Source: the human T2T-CHM13v2.0 reference genome, Homo sapiens
Strand: one strand, 5' to 3'
Assembly: GCF_009914755.1 (NCBI RefSeq)
Contig: NC_060925.1
DNA length: 64,000 nt
Made by a program: the position numbers and the translations under genes
The notes under the pieces: generated by a model
What the model saw: the letters and a program-made list of their open reading frames with translations, nothing else
What the model was told of the DNA's origin: nothing
Databases searched by the model: none
Part shown: one piece after another, positions 23,891 to 43,675 of the stretch
How positions within the stretch are numbered: position 1 is the stretch's first letter
Layout: each line of letters begins with the position of its first letter

Positions 23891-24950
23891 TTAAAAGTAT
23901 AGAAAGAATACTTAGAAATCCTGAGGTTCTTTATCACCCTATTCCTTGATACCAATTTACTGACCATTCAAATTACATTTCATTCCATTTAATTTATGTG
24001 AATTCTCAGAGTTGAAGATTATGCTTTACTTATATTAAAAGGGATACATACGTAAGTTATGTAACACTCCACCTAACATGTTAATAAATCTTAGTTTAAA
24101 ACTTCTATTGTAGTAGTCACAGTAATGTTCTCACACTGCAATTCCCTTCATTTTGAAACATGAATACAACCTTTCTAATGACTTTTTTGTTAGTTATATC
24201 AAGCCACCTCTTCTAATTATTCTGTTTGTTTCTAAGAAATAACTTGTCACTAATTGCGTTTAGCCGGTTCTTCACAAGTGATTGAAAGTCTGAAACACCT
24301 GATAAATAGTAGCCTTTGGATTACACAAAATGTTTTCTACGGCTCTATGCATGCAATTAATTAGAGTTGAAGGAATATATCATTACCGTGATGTCTGAAA
24401 CAAACCAATCTAAAATAATGTTAATTATTTATCTGCAGGAGGAAACATGCCTAAGGTGGGATAGTAAAACTTATTTTTAATCATTTTATCAAATAGGACA
24501 ACCAATAACCTTGTTTTGCTGCAAATAATTTGCTGTGCCTTCCTGAGTTATCTACAGCCAAATATATTTTGTTCCAATTTTACTGGCTTGAAAAATATAA
24601 CTGGTAAACTGCATGGGCTATTTTTGAATGTTCTCTTTTACCCTGTTTGAATTTGTTTTTTTTTCTATTTTTATTTATTTTTTTACTTTTTAATTTTTTT
24701 TAACATGTCTTTCTTTTTTTATTTATTTTATTTTATTTTATTATTATTATACTTTAAGATTTAGGGTACATGTGCACAATGTGCAGGTTAGTTACATATG
24801 TATACATGTGCCATGCTGGTGTGCTGCACCCATTAACTCGTCATTTAGCATTAGGTATATCTCCTAATGCTATCCCTCCCCCCTCTCCCCACCCCACAAC
24901 AGTCCCCAGAGTGTGATGTTCCCCTTCCTGTGTCCATGTGTTCTCATTGT

Positions 24951-28793
<3,843 letters not shown>

Positions 28794-28841
28794 TTATTTT
28801 GCTCGTTAGTTGATGCAGTTTCTTCCTAGTCTCGATGGTCT

Positions 28842-29860
28842 TTACATTTTGGCATGATTTTGCAGCGGCTGGTACTGGTTGTTCCTTTCCATGTTTAGTG
28901 CTTCCTTCAGGAGCTCTTGTAAGGAAGGCCTCTTGGTGACAAAATCTCTCAGCATTTGCTTGTCTGTAAAGTATTTTATTTCTCCTTCACTTATAAAGCT
29001 TAGTTTGGCTGGATATGAAATTCTGGGTTGAAAATTCTTTTCTTTATGAATGTTGAATATTGGCCCCCACTCTGTTCTGGCTTGTAGGGTTTCTGCCAAG
29101 AGATCCGCTGTTAGTCTGATGGGCTTCCCTTTGAGGGTAACCCGACCTTTCTCTCTGGCTGCCCTTAACATTTTTTCCTTCATTTCAACTTTGGTGAATC
29201 TGACAATTATGTGTCTTGGAGTTGCTCTTCTCGAGGAGTATCTTTGTGGCGTTCTCTGTATTTCCTGAATCTGAATGTTAGCCTGCCTTGCTAGATTGGG
29301 GAAGTTCTCCTGGATAATATCCTGCAGAGTGTTTTCCAACTTGGTTCCATTCTCCCCATCACTTTCAGGTACACCAATCAGACGTAGATTTGGTCTTTTC
29401 ACATAGTCCCATATTTCTTGGAGGCTTTGCTCGTTTCTTTTCATTCTTTTTTCTCTAAACTTCCCTTCTCACTTCATTTCATTCATTTCATCTTCCATTG
29501 CTGATACCCTTTCTTCCAGTTGATCGCATCGGCTCCTGAGGCTTCTGCATTCTTCACGTAGTTCTCGAGCCTTGGTTTTCAGCTCCATCAGCTCCTTTAA
29601 GCACTTCTCTGTATTGGTTATTCTAGTTATACATTCTTCTAAATTTTTTTCAAAGTTTTCAATTTCTTTGCCTTTGGTTTGAATGTCCTCCCATAGCTCA
29701 GAGTAATTTGATCGTCTGAAGCCTTCTTCTCTCAGCTCGTCAAAGTCATTCTCCATCCAGCTTTGTTCCCCATTGCTGGTGAGGAACTGTGTTCCTTTGG
29801 AGGAGGAGAGGCGCTCTGCTTTTTAGAGTTTCCAGTTTTTCTGTTCTGTTTTTTCCCCAT
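28842..29860 (-). pseudogene. ORF1: L1 ORF1 (RNA-binding chaperone), disrupted
   Basis: ATG at 29860-29858 (ATGGGGAAAAAACAGAACAG); span 1019 nt versus the canonical 1017 (+2 insertion near 29768-71); CGA>TGA stop at 29469-71; peptides MENDFDELREEGFRR... and ...QPLQNHAKM*. Confidence 0.95.
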
Positions 29861-30768
29861 CTTTGTGGTTTTATCTACTTTTGGTCTTTGATGATGGTGA
29901 TGTACAGATGGGTTTTTGGTGTGGATGTCCTTTCTGTTTGTTAGTTTTCCTTCTAACAGAGAGGACCCTCAGCTGCAGGTCTGTTGGAATACCCTGCCGT
30001 GTGAGGTGTCAGTGTGCCCCTGCTGGGGGGTGCCTCCCAGTTAGGCTGCCCGGGGTCAGGGGTCAGGGACCCACTTGAGGAGGCAGTCAGCCCATTCTCA
30101 GATCTCCAGCTGCGTGCTGGGAGAACCACTGCTGTCTTCAAAGCTGTCAGACAGGGACATTTAAGTCTGCAGAGGTTACTCCTGTCTTTTTGTTTGTCTG
30201 TGCCCTGCCCCTAGAGGTGGAGCCTACAGAGGCAGGCAGGCCTCCTTGAGCTGTGGTGGGCTCCACCCAGTTCAAGCTTCCCTGCTGGACTGCTTTGTTT
30301 ACCTAATCAAGCCTGGGCAATGGTGGGCGCCCCTCCCCAAGCCTTGCTGCCACCTTGCAGTTTGATTTCAGACTGCTGTGCTAGCAATCAGGGAGACTCT
30401 GTGGGCGTAGGACCCTCCGAGCCAGGTGCGGGATATAATCTCGTGGTGCGCCATTTTTTAAGCCCGTTGGAAAAGCACAGTATTCGGGTGAGAGTGACCC
30501 AATTTTCCAGGTGCCGTCCCTCACCCCTTTCTTTGACTCAGAAAGGGAACTCCCTGACCCCTTGCGCTTCCCAAGTGAGGCAATGCCTTGCCCTGCTTCG
30601 GCTCGCACACGGTGCACGCACCCACTGACCCGCGCCCACTGTCTGGCACTTCCTAGTGAGATGAACCCAGTACCTCAGATGGAAATGCAGAAATCACCCG
30701 TCTTCTGCGTCACTCTTGCTGGGAGCTGTAGACCGGAGCTGTTCCTATTCGGCCATCTTGGCTCCTCC
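29861..30768 (-). promoter_or_regulatory. L1 5'UTR internal sense promoter and antisense promoter (908 bp)
   Basis: YY1 motif CAAGATGGCCG (30750-30760); RUNX3 site TGCATTTCCATCTGAGGTA (30671-30689); residual CpG-rich sequence. Confidence 0.88.
30320..30628 (+). CDS. ORF0: L1 antisense ORF0, open and C-terminally extended (102 aa); expression unknown
   Basis: MVGAPPQALLPPCSLISDCCASNQGDSVGVGPSEPGAGYNLVVR... matches the primate L1 ORF0 N-terminus; start context GCAATGG. Confidence 0.6.
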   Translation: MVGAPPQALLPPCSLISDCCASNQGDSVGVGPSEPGAGYNLVVRHFLSPLEKHSIRVRVTQFSRCRPSPLSLTQKGNSLTPCASQVRQCLALLRLAHGARTH

Positions 30769-31330
30769 TGGAAGATTTTCTTTTAATTACAAAAAGTTAC
30801 ATAGAAAAGTTTCTTTTCATTGCAAAAGTCTTCATAGAAAAGTTATATAGGAAATACAATTTTATAAAAGTGGCACAGATCGTATGTAGTCTTTTAAAAT
30901 ATGCAATGTAAATAGACAATTGTAGGACTGAATACATAGTTTCTTGAGGCAATTGTTACATGTAAGACATCCAATTTATAAGAAAATATGGGTATACATG
31001 TGGAAGGCAAGGAAAAATGTCAATCTGCAGTATATAATCCACAAGAAAGGACTCTACCTGAGTCAATCTGTCACTGCCTCCGAGCCTCCAACTTCTAATT
31101 GGGGTATCCTCCAGCAGAACACAGAGACCTTCTTCATGAAGCTGGACCAGGATTCAAGAAATTGAATGAGAGAGTTCTAGAGGAGATGATAGGTTTGTGG
31201 GCCATGTTACTACCATACAAACAAGTGAGCCCTCAGATAAATTATGACAACCAACGTGTGTGAGTTGTAACAACCCCTTGTGCTACAGATGCCTTCCAGC
31301 ACAAACAGAAGACAGCTCTGCTTTACTTGC

Positions 31331-32000
<670 letters not shown>

Positions 32001-33789
32001 CTTGCCGTACAGTTCTTACAGAAAATGTCTCTTGTGTCTTGTCTCCCATACTAACATGGAACTATGCAAGGAAGAAAAATCGAGAAGTGTTATTATTTAA
32101 TCTGACTTAATACAAATCTACTCCTAAAATGATTTTAAATATTGCACAAAGCAAACATCAGAATATATTATTTTTTTCTTAACTGCAATGACCTTCACTT
32201 CCACTCTGTTTTAGCATTCTACAATCATGAAATTAGTTTATACTCATGGTCATTTTAAACTGTCTTTCTTGTGAAACCACAAACTGCAGTATGCCTTTGT
32301 GTCTTCTAGCTAACATAATACTCATATCTTCATTGCACCTACTATCTTTTTATTTCCCTGTATAGCTTTAATTTTTGTAGTGTCTTTTTGAAATATTTTT
32401 TTTACTAAGCCTGTTTCTAGATTCAAAATATAATAATGCATGTCAGAGCAAGATGATAAATATATGTACCTATGTATGCAAATGAATACATATAGATATA
32501 TGTATGTATTAGGGTTGATGTGCTATGTGTGAATTCCAGAGTTACTCTCTTTATAGAATCCTGCTGCTGTCCTCCAGGATATTCTCTTCAAGTGGACTTA
32601 CATATTACACTACAATAAGCACAATTTGTGGTTGCCGATTGCCATGATTAAAAAGACGTAAAATTAGTTACTTGATATCTAATTGAACTTTCATTAACTT
32701 TAGTAACATCTTTTTGGAAGAATGAAACTATCTTTTTTCAGTCTTCACTTCCAGCCAGACCACTTTGCCTGCTAGAAAGAATAGCTCATTCAAACCATAC
32801 ACTGAAAGAGAGACAATGTAAAGAAAAAGTGGAGGGGTGAAAAGATGAAGTAACAGTTGTCTATAGGGAATGCAGTAATTTAAAAAAATGTCTAGAGAAA
32901 ATTTAATCCACTCAAAGAAATTAAAGTTCATATTCTTTGAAAATTAGACTACTGTCTTCTCTATTCCAAAGTAAGTGCTCTTTCAAAGTGAAATATTTTA
33001 ACAGTCAATGTTAATTATTGTTAAAGCTGCCACTACAAATATTCATAGAAGACTGTAAGTTCATAAAGACCACTGGGGCTGCTCTGAATCAGCAAGTTCC
33101 TGAGGAAAGAAAAAAAAATAACAAAACATAATTTATTTTTGAAACTAATCAGTTTTTTTTAAATATATTGTTTGCTTAAGTTTCTTTACAGTCTGCTATA
33201 TTTATGACTTTTGTTAAAACTGTGTTTATTGTTCTGAAATGAAAGGTGTTGACATCTGGCATTTCTCTAACCATGCCTGCTGTCGGATCCTAATAGGTAT
33301 AATAAATGACTTGGAAGCGCTTGTCAATTTTACTTAAACTTGCTAGATTCAACATCATGTCAAAATTTCAGAATGTCACTAAGCCATATGCAAATCTGAA
33401 AAAATTATGCAGAGTGTTTCAATGTTAGATTTTGTAAATTATAATACAAAACTTACTACACTTAAACAAAAAATAATTCTTTAATTGCTTATGATAAATG
33501 AGGGAGTACGTAGAAAAATAATGTTATCACTACTAGGAAGGATAGCTTTGCTAAAAATAAGACATGCAATGTAACATGGTTATTGGATGTATTCATTCTC
33601 AGACTACCACCTTAGGAAAATGTAATAATTTATCTAAACTTTTCAGAATATTATCTTTAACAAAGTGGAACAATATATACTAAAGCATTATTAAATTTGG
33701 TACATACAGATCTAATTGCACAGTTTATGCAAAGACTATTGATTATTCTTGTAATGCCCTACTGGAGAAACAGATCTTACTGGCATTTA

Positions 33790-33930
33790 GCAAACTCAAT
33801 CAGTGTTTTTTATCAATGATTTTGATAAAGGTGTACATGGAGGCTATTAAACAAGGCGATAAGTAATAGTAATAGAGCTGAACATGATTAGAAATAATTA
33901 ATATTCATGATATCTCAAGTGGATGATTAA
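33790..33930 (+). mobile_element. Possible L3/CR1 relic
   Basis: ttttatcaatgattttgataaagg...ggctattaaa resembles the CR1 RT (FINDLD) region; very diverged. Confidence 0.35.
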
Positions 33931-35873
33931 AGGAAAAAGTGATTTTTGTAAAAAAGTGGTTACTATAAATTCTGAAGTTAGTGTATATATATGTGTATAT
34001 ATATATATACTTGATTTAATGTATACATATATGCTGAATTAAGTATACATACCAATCAATGTGTTTATATAAGTGTGTATACAGGATTGATACACATGTA
34101 TACAATTAAATGTAGGCTAGATACCAAAAATGGAGCGGAAACACTTGAGCAGAAATAGGTGGAAACATGAGGCCAAACACTTGACCAAAATTGCAATAGA
34201 TATTTAGCCTGAACATATTTAATAATGGGAATCAGAAAATTGGAGCATATCCACAGAGAAAACTAACAAGTATTCCAGCTTTGAGAGAAAGGGTAAACAA
34301 GGGTAAAGTTCAATTACATTCACCTGATGTGTCCTATTTCCACAATGTTAAATTTATGATCTGAGTTAATTCATTTCAATGGGTCACAGAGTAAAATATA
34401 CAAAATAATGTATCCCAATATCTTGGAGGAGCATGAGAAAATGAAGGCTATCTTTAGCTTCCTAATTAGACATAAATGATAGTGATTAAGTGAAGATTGC
34501 TTGATTCCAGAAACTACAACCAATATTTCCCTTATCAGTAGTTTCACACAATTTTAAATCATCAAGTTTCTATCATACTTTGAAAATAGTGGTTTGAACA
34601 CACAATAAGGTTCAGAGTTGTGATTCTCAAATGATTATTTCTATATTCATCCATTAGTAAAGTGGAATTCTGGTGGAAGACTGGGCTGAAAAATAAACAT
34701 ATTGGGTCATTCTGTATTCAGATATTTACTCAAAAAACATGAAGAAAATATGTAATAAAATGTTAGGATATGATAACCATGCTGAAATGATAGTTTCTTA
34801 TTTCCAAACAGTCTTGTATATAAAACAAACATTTCATAGATATTTAAGATAAAGTACATTCAATTTTTTTTTTAGTCTCAGGGCTGTTCTAGACTCATTA
34901 TAGAGAATGAAGACATATATAATTACTCTCCTTAGCCATTTATGAATACTCCAGCAGAAAGGCTTTAGAAGTGTTTATTTATGGCCTTGTATGGAACTAA
35001 CTCTCTCATCATAAAATATAAATATAAATGTTTAAGATTATAATCTTTAAAATTGCTAGTAAAATAAAATTCAGAATCACACCTTATATAAAAATAAAAT
35101 CTTCCCCTGGCTTATTTGTTACACTACTTCTCAACTTTGAATAAGCCTATTAAGTGCAGTGTCTGATATTCAGAGGCAGAATTAAAATATGTTCACTTAT
35201 TTCCTTCACTGTGTCATGTGTGTGTGTGTGTGTGTGCGTGTGTGCATTTTATTTATTTTTTTACAATCCATTCTAGTGTCTTCAGTATCTTCCGTGTGTT
35301 TTTCTCTCTCAGTGCCTCTGTACAATCTTGACGGTGACAGGGTCAATGCCGTTTATTTAGGCTCAGTAAGTAATCAGAGAATGAATAAATGAAAGTTCCC
35401 ATGAAATGTAGAGTCAAAGCATAACGTTGTTCAACATCTCCTAGCCATACATACATGCCTATTTAGCTAATAATTTTTTCCTATGTAATTTTATTCTAAT
35501 TATTACCAGGATATTAAAATCATGGGGCCAGTTTGGAAAGTAATTTGAATGTGTTTGATCTCCCCCCAAGTGATGTAAATTTTGCAGTATTGGCAGGCTT
35601 CATAAAAAGATTTTTACCCTCATGCCCTTATTCAGATGGCATAAATAAATTACATCAATAAAACATTTTATTAACTCTGCCGACAATGACACAGTAGTCG
35701 TTTGTTTTGTCAATAAATTGCTGATTTTTATTGGCCATGTCATTTTTTAAACAGAGCATAAAATGCAGCTACATACAGAACTAAGGCAGAAAGAGAAGGC
35801 TTTTACTAACAGTATTTTTTAAAAAATGAAAAAGGTGAAAATGTGACTAATACAGTAAGAATTTAGTCAAGAT

Positions 35874-36255
<382 letters not shown>

Positions 36256-36729
36256 CTATATTTATATGTATCATATATTGTTATAAAAATGATTTACTTT
36301 GAGACTAACACTCAGCTCAATGTAATATTTTGAAATAGTCCATTATTTGTAAATGTCTATATACGTTGTGATCTTTTATTATATCTTTCACAATCAAAGA
36401 GGTTTCATTTCAGCCACTACTTTATTTATTTGAGTTTGGGGAATAAGTTAATCTTTATAATTCTCAGGTTTTTTTCATGGAAAAAGATAGTGCATATGAT
36501 GAAATAATTAATATTTTCTCCATTAATCTTATCGCAGTTGTCCACTTTACTATTCTTTTAGAAAAACTCAGTGTTTGCCCTTGATGATCCTCACATCTTT
36601 GCTTTATATTTCATTACTTTCTGCTTAGAAATTTTAATCTCTTGACTTATATTTATGGGCATTGGGTGTATCTTGTGATTTATTTTTTCAGTATTGAAGA
36701 TTGATATTCAATTATTTTAATTTTTATAG

Positions 36730-37010
36730 CCTTCTTTTTTAATACAAGCATTTACTGCTACAAATTCCCCTTTAGCATGATTGCTGTATCTGTAAACTTT
36801 TATACCTGTAGTGGTTCCATTAGTGGCTCTACTAATTCTAACTGCAGTTTTATTTCTACTATGATTCCTTCTTTCACTCATCAATTATTTTATGTGTGTT
36901 TTCAATTGCCAAATATATGGGCTACAATTTTTTAGCATTAATTCATTATTTAATTGAATTAAATTCAGATAAATAGCACAATAGACATTATTTGAACATT
37001 TTGGAGTGTA
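36730..37010 (-). mobile_element. Old L1M ORF2 relic
   Basis: gcatttactgctacaaattcccctttagc... resembles the reversed L1 EN-downstream region; highly diverged. Confidence 0.45.
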
Positions 37011-38112
37011 GTCTATTAATGATAGGAAACACTTTTGTAGCACTTAGATGTCTGGAGCTGTTACAAAAGTCTTACATATATTAAGTCACTTAATCATCAT
37101 AAGAATTATAGAGACACAGTCCCTGCCTCTATGTCACATTTAACAGTACAGGTTGCTAGTACTGAGATGAAATTGTGGGGGTGACTGGTTTTAAAATAAC
37201 ATACAACAGTTCCAAGGCTTTATTGTAGTAATGTCTGTCCCTCAGACTTCTTTCTGTTTTTTTTTCTTTTTAAACAAAACAAAACAAAACAAAACTCTAC
37301 GGATTCTTCTTGCATAATGATGAAACAGAAATATAGCAAAAAAAAAAATACAGCTATCTCAAGCTAAGAAAATATCCGTCTTGACTATGCTAATTTTCTC
37401 CTTCGCTAAGAATGGGAAAGAGTACCATAAATCAAAATCAGCCTCATCTCATGTGGAAGAGAATGTGCTCCAGTGAAACTGATGTGTAACTGAAAACTTT
37501 GTTGTTAAGAAAGCAGCTCAAGCAATAATAAACCTTGACAAAAACTAAAAAATAAAAGTAAAACAATTTAAAAACTTAATACCAATACTCACATTTACTT
37601 TAATGTTCATTTACTATATCAAATATTATTTCTTCCTACCCCGAAACCCTGGCTGCTGCCTCCTATTGGCTTAACTAACCCAAAGGTTTAGGAGAAAATT
37701 ATATTCCAATAAACTTCATAGTTAAAAAATACCTTAAAGGAAACAACACTCTTCTAATTTCAGTGAGAGTTTGAACTAGAAATATCACTTTGGGCAGTTA
37801 AATAAAATTTCTTACCTTCTTAAGTTTTTCTGTTTTAATATGCTAATTTTAAAAATTAAAAAGATTTCTATTATATATGATATTCATGTATTAAAGTGGA
37901 TAAATTTATTAAAATGTACTCTAATACTAAATATAATAATTCAACTTGAAATATAGTCTAATTTGGTTAAAATAAAATGTGTAAAATAAGATTTTTAAGA
38001 TAAATTAATTTAAATGAAAATCAATCAAAACACATAATTATGTATTATATATAAAACAGCCTATATATAATAAATAAGTAAATTATATATATATCCTAAG
38101 CAATTATATATA

Positions 38113-38156
<44 letters not shown>
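38113..38156. repeat. (GT)11(AT)11 microsatellite between direct ATCCTAAGCAA repeats
   Basis: Read directly; ATCCTAAGCAA at 38093-38103 and 38159-38169. Confidence 0.93.
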
Positions 38157-38158
<2 letters not shown>

Positions 38159-38357
38159 ATCCTAAGCAAGTATTATCCTAAGAGAGTATTACAAATATTA
38201 GGTATAGTCCTCCTGAGAATTATTCTTTAGGAGAGTTTTTGCAGTTATGAAATACTCTCTTTTACTTCTAAAATTGCTAATTCCAATATGAAGATTATAA
38301 TATAATTCATTAAGACATTTTGTGTGCAAAATATTGTTTTAATCACTCCATATGAAT

Positions 38358-38492
38358 TTTTTTTTTGAGACGGAGTCTTGCTGTGTTGCCCAGGCTGGAG
38401 TGCAGTGGTGCAATCTCAGCTCACTGCAAGCTCCGCCTCCCAGTTCACGCCATTCTCCTGCCTCAGCCTCCCGAGTAGCTGGGACTACAGGC
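38358..38492 (-). mobile_element. 5'-truncated AluY (right arm only) with 12-bp TSD
   Basis: gcaagctccgcctcccagttcacgccattctcc; TSD CTCCATATGAAT at 38346-38357 and 38493-38504. Confidence 0.95.
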
Positions 38493-38533
38493 CTCCATAT
38501 GAATATTTTATAAAAGTATCATTAGTTCTATGA

Positions 38534-40675
<2,142 letters not shown>

Positions 40676-40792
40676 CTCTTAGTCTGTAGAAGAGTGGACC
40701 TCTAACCTAACTCGGCCAAAAACCCCTCTCATGTTTGTTTTCTCTAATAAACCTGTCTTAACTGTCAAAAAAGAAAGAAAGAAAGAAAGAAA
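40676..40792 (+). other. Putative L1 3' transduction (91 nt, LTR-like) plus second A/GAAA tail
   Basis: Non-L1 segment 40676-40766 between the L1 tail and a second tail; AATAAA at 40746-40751, 15 nt before the tail. Confidence 0.8.
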
Positions 40793-42199
40793 CAGATTGT
40801 TTGATATTTCAAGTAGCCGTCCCAAGATCATGCAGCTGGTGAGATGGGAAGCTAAAATCTGACCCTGTGCCTATGGTTTATGACCAATATGTTTTAATCC
40901 TAATATTGTTATAATGAAAGCCAACCAACAAGAAAACAATCATGTGACTTTCATACAACCATCATAGTATTCATTTAAGTCATGATTATATTAGGAATAA
41001 TATAAAAATAAATGCATATAAATGTATAAAAGGTACATCATCTTGTTGTTTAAATGGTTAGCTCCTTAAGGGAGCTAAGTACATTTATATTGTACTTAGT
41101 ATCATTTTTTGTTTAATAAATTTATGTTAATGATGAATGTTGTCTTATTATCACATTGATCCACACAGCAGATTTTCCATTAGGATACAGTCATTTTATG
41201 TAAAATTTAAAATAAAAGTATTAAACTAAAGTGGTTTCGTGAAATGTCTAGTACTTAGTGGATTTTGGCCACAGAGACCAAATAACATCGTATTATTTTG
41301 TTCAATTTGTTACACATTCTATTGACTCCAGTATAACTTAATTGTAATTTAGCAGAAAAATATTAGTTCAGGCCTGGTCTACAATGGCTATATATAAATG
41401 TTTAATATCATTCAGTCCCACTTAGATAAGGCACATTTCTTTATTTTTCTCTATGATTATAAACCATATGTTAAATTTATTTTCCAGATGTGACAACTTT
41501 GATTCCAACCACGTGTTTTATATTACATCTACTACTGTGCTTCCTCCTCCTCAGAGGTTACTCATCAAAATTGATTAATCTTTTCTGAAATGATTTGATA
41601 CAAATTTCCTTTATCTCATTTGAATGTACTGTATGGAGATATCATCTAAACAGGTTATTTTTTAATATATAAAATGACTTTTAAAAGATTCAGTGTGTTT
41701 TATTATTGCATTAAAATTATACAGATGATTTAGTGTATTCCAACTATTGCATTTTCTATGTGAAATTTGTTTTATAATTTTATGTAAATAAATGTACTTC
41801 AATGTGAAACTGATGTGAAGCTTCAAAATCATAGATCTAGGGAGGGTGTAGAAAGTTGTAGTCTTTCTAGTTTTTTTCTCAAGTCTTAACCAAAAGATCT
41901 CTTTACAGGATATTTTCCTTTGAATAAGCAATGTCATTGTTAGCAATATTCATTTTTAATTTGCTAAAAATGCAAAAATAAAATGCCAATTATCAATGGC
42001 CTGTGCTAAAATAATATGTTAAGAGCACCACTAGTTTATGAGGGCCATCTACATTTTTCTATCTCAACCCCATCCACCGTATGTAAACCATCATAAACTG
42101 CTCCTTTCCTGTATGTATCCCCTCTATTTGTTTGTTTACCTCATTTCTCACCAACCCTGCAGTTTATATTAATCCTATTTATGTCCAGACTATTAAAAT

Positions 42200-42815
42200 A
42201 GCTGAGGTTTCACTGCATCTAATGTTCTCCTCTACCATCCACCCTGAACTGAACAACAAATCTCTTTTTCCCCTAAGACCACAACTTTTAGCCTTTCTTC
42301 TCAAAATTTTCAATGGATTCTTAGTGCCAAGGAAGATGTTAAGTACCTTAGTCTTGAATTCCAGATGCTGAAAAAATAGTGTCTTCCTAGCCTTACCTTC
42401 CATTATTTCCCTACATTGGAAACATTGAAACTGCACAGCTTTATACATTATATTTTGATTGCATTTTTCACCACTATTCTTTTATCACACCATTACCCTT
42501 AAATGTGAAACTGCTTTATTTCCACAATTTTCCCTCTCTAAATTCTACTCTTCAAGCTCTAGCTAGCTTACATCTTGCTTATTTCAAAATGTCATTTTTA
42601 AGCACTCCAGGCAAAAGTGTTATTGTTTCTACTCTAAATGTCTATGTAATTCAACATCTGTCTACACTTATGGATGCATTATTTACTACTCCATACAACT
42701 GTAAAAAGCATTGCATATTTTTAATTTCTAGATTTATTTTTAAGAACTTATTCTTGTCACCCTGGTTCTTAGTAGGGTGATTTGCTGACATTGAATATCT
42801 ATTTGATGAATGGAG
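42200..42815 (+). mobile_element. LINE-2 relic
   Basis: ttttcaatggattcttagtgcc...; 3'-end-like aatatctatttgatgaatgga. Confidence 0.5.
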
Positions 42816-43675
42816 ATGCCATTTCCCTAACAAGAAAAATGGAAAAAGATGGAAAATTATTCAAAAGACAGAGTTAATTAATGATTCTACAAATGATTTC
42901 CTCCTACATAAAGTCTTTGTGCTTATGTCAAGTATTTCTTCATTGATATTATGGTTGAACATTTATTGAGCATAGAAAATAGGTTTTGCACAGCACACAA
43001 CCCAATAGATATCGTAGTTTCTGTTCAATGAGCTTGAAATATTCCTAATATGAATAAGGCCCAAAAGGATATGAATGGCACATGTCAAAGTGACATTCCT
43101 TTTGTCAACCCCTTCATTTCCATTTCTTATATGTTTTCTTGAGTTTTGACCCTCTTTTTTCATGACTTGATGATTACAACTGCTTCCATACAGGTTTTCT
43201 TTCCAATACCATTATCCCCCATGCTTGTCTTTCTCAAGTCTTAAGTATATATAATATTTTCATTCAGATTCTTCCCTTAATAAAAAACATTGAATAATTT
43301 CCAAATTTTACTACATAATGTAAATGGTAATAGTTCCTAAACTCTAACGTCACTATCAGGACAAATAAATCCCACTCATTTTTTTTTAATCCATCCAGCT
43401 TTGTTCCCAGTACTTTAGGAAATGTTATTACTCCCCCATCTAACACCAAGCCTGATGTCACATCCATCTCTTATTACTCCCCTGAGTACTCAATTTTGTC
43501 AAAAATCCCATACATATTTGATATGCTTAACCTTTTCCTTTCTAGTCTCTCATTTTCAGTTATGCCTAAAGAATCTGAACTATATCTCACCTTAAAAATT
43601 AATGAAATAAACTAAAAGACCTCAGAATATACACCCCTTCTAGCATCTCAGAATGCCTATTCTCCCTATCATATC

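Noticed and set aside
30920-31325. Possible ancient LTR surrounding THE1
   Set aside because: Too diverged to assign without a profile search.
33981-34110. Imperfect palindromes in a TA/TG-rich stretch
   Set aside because: Low-complexity alternating sequence is self-complementary by default.
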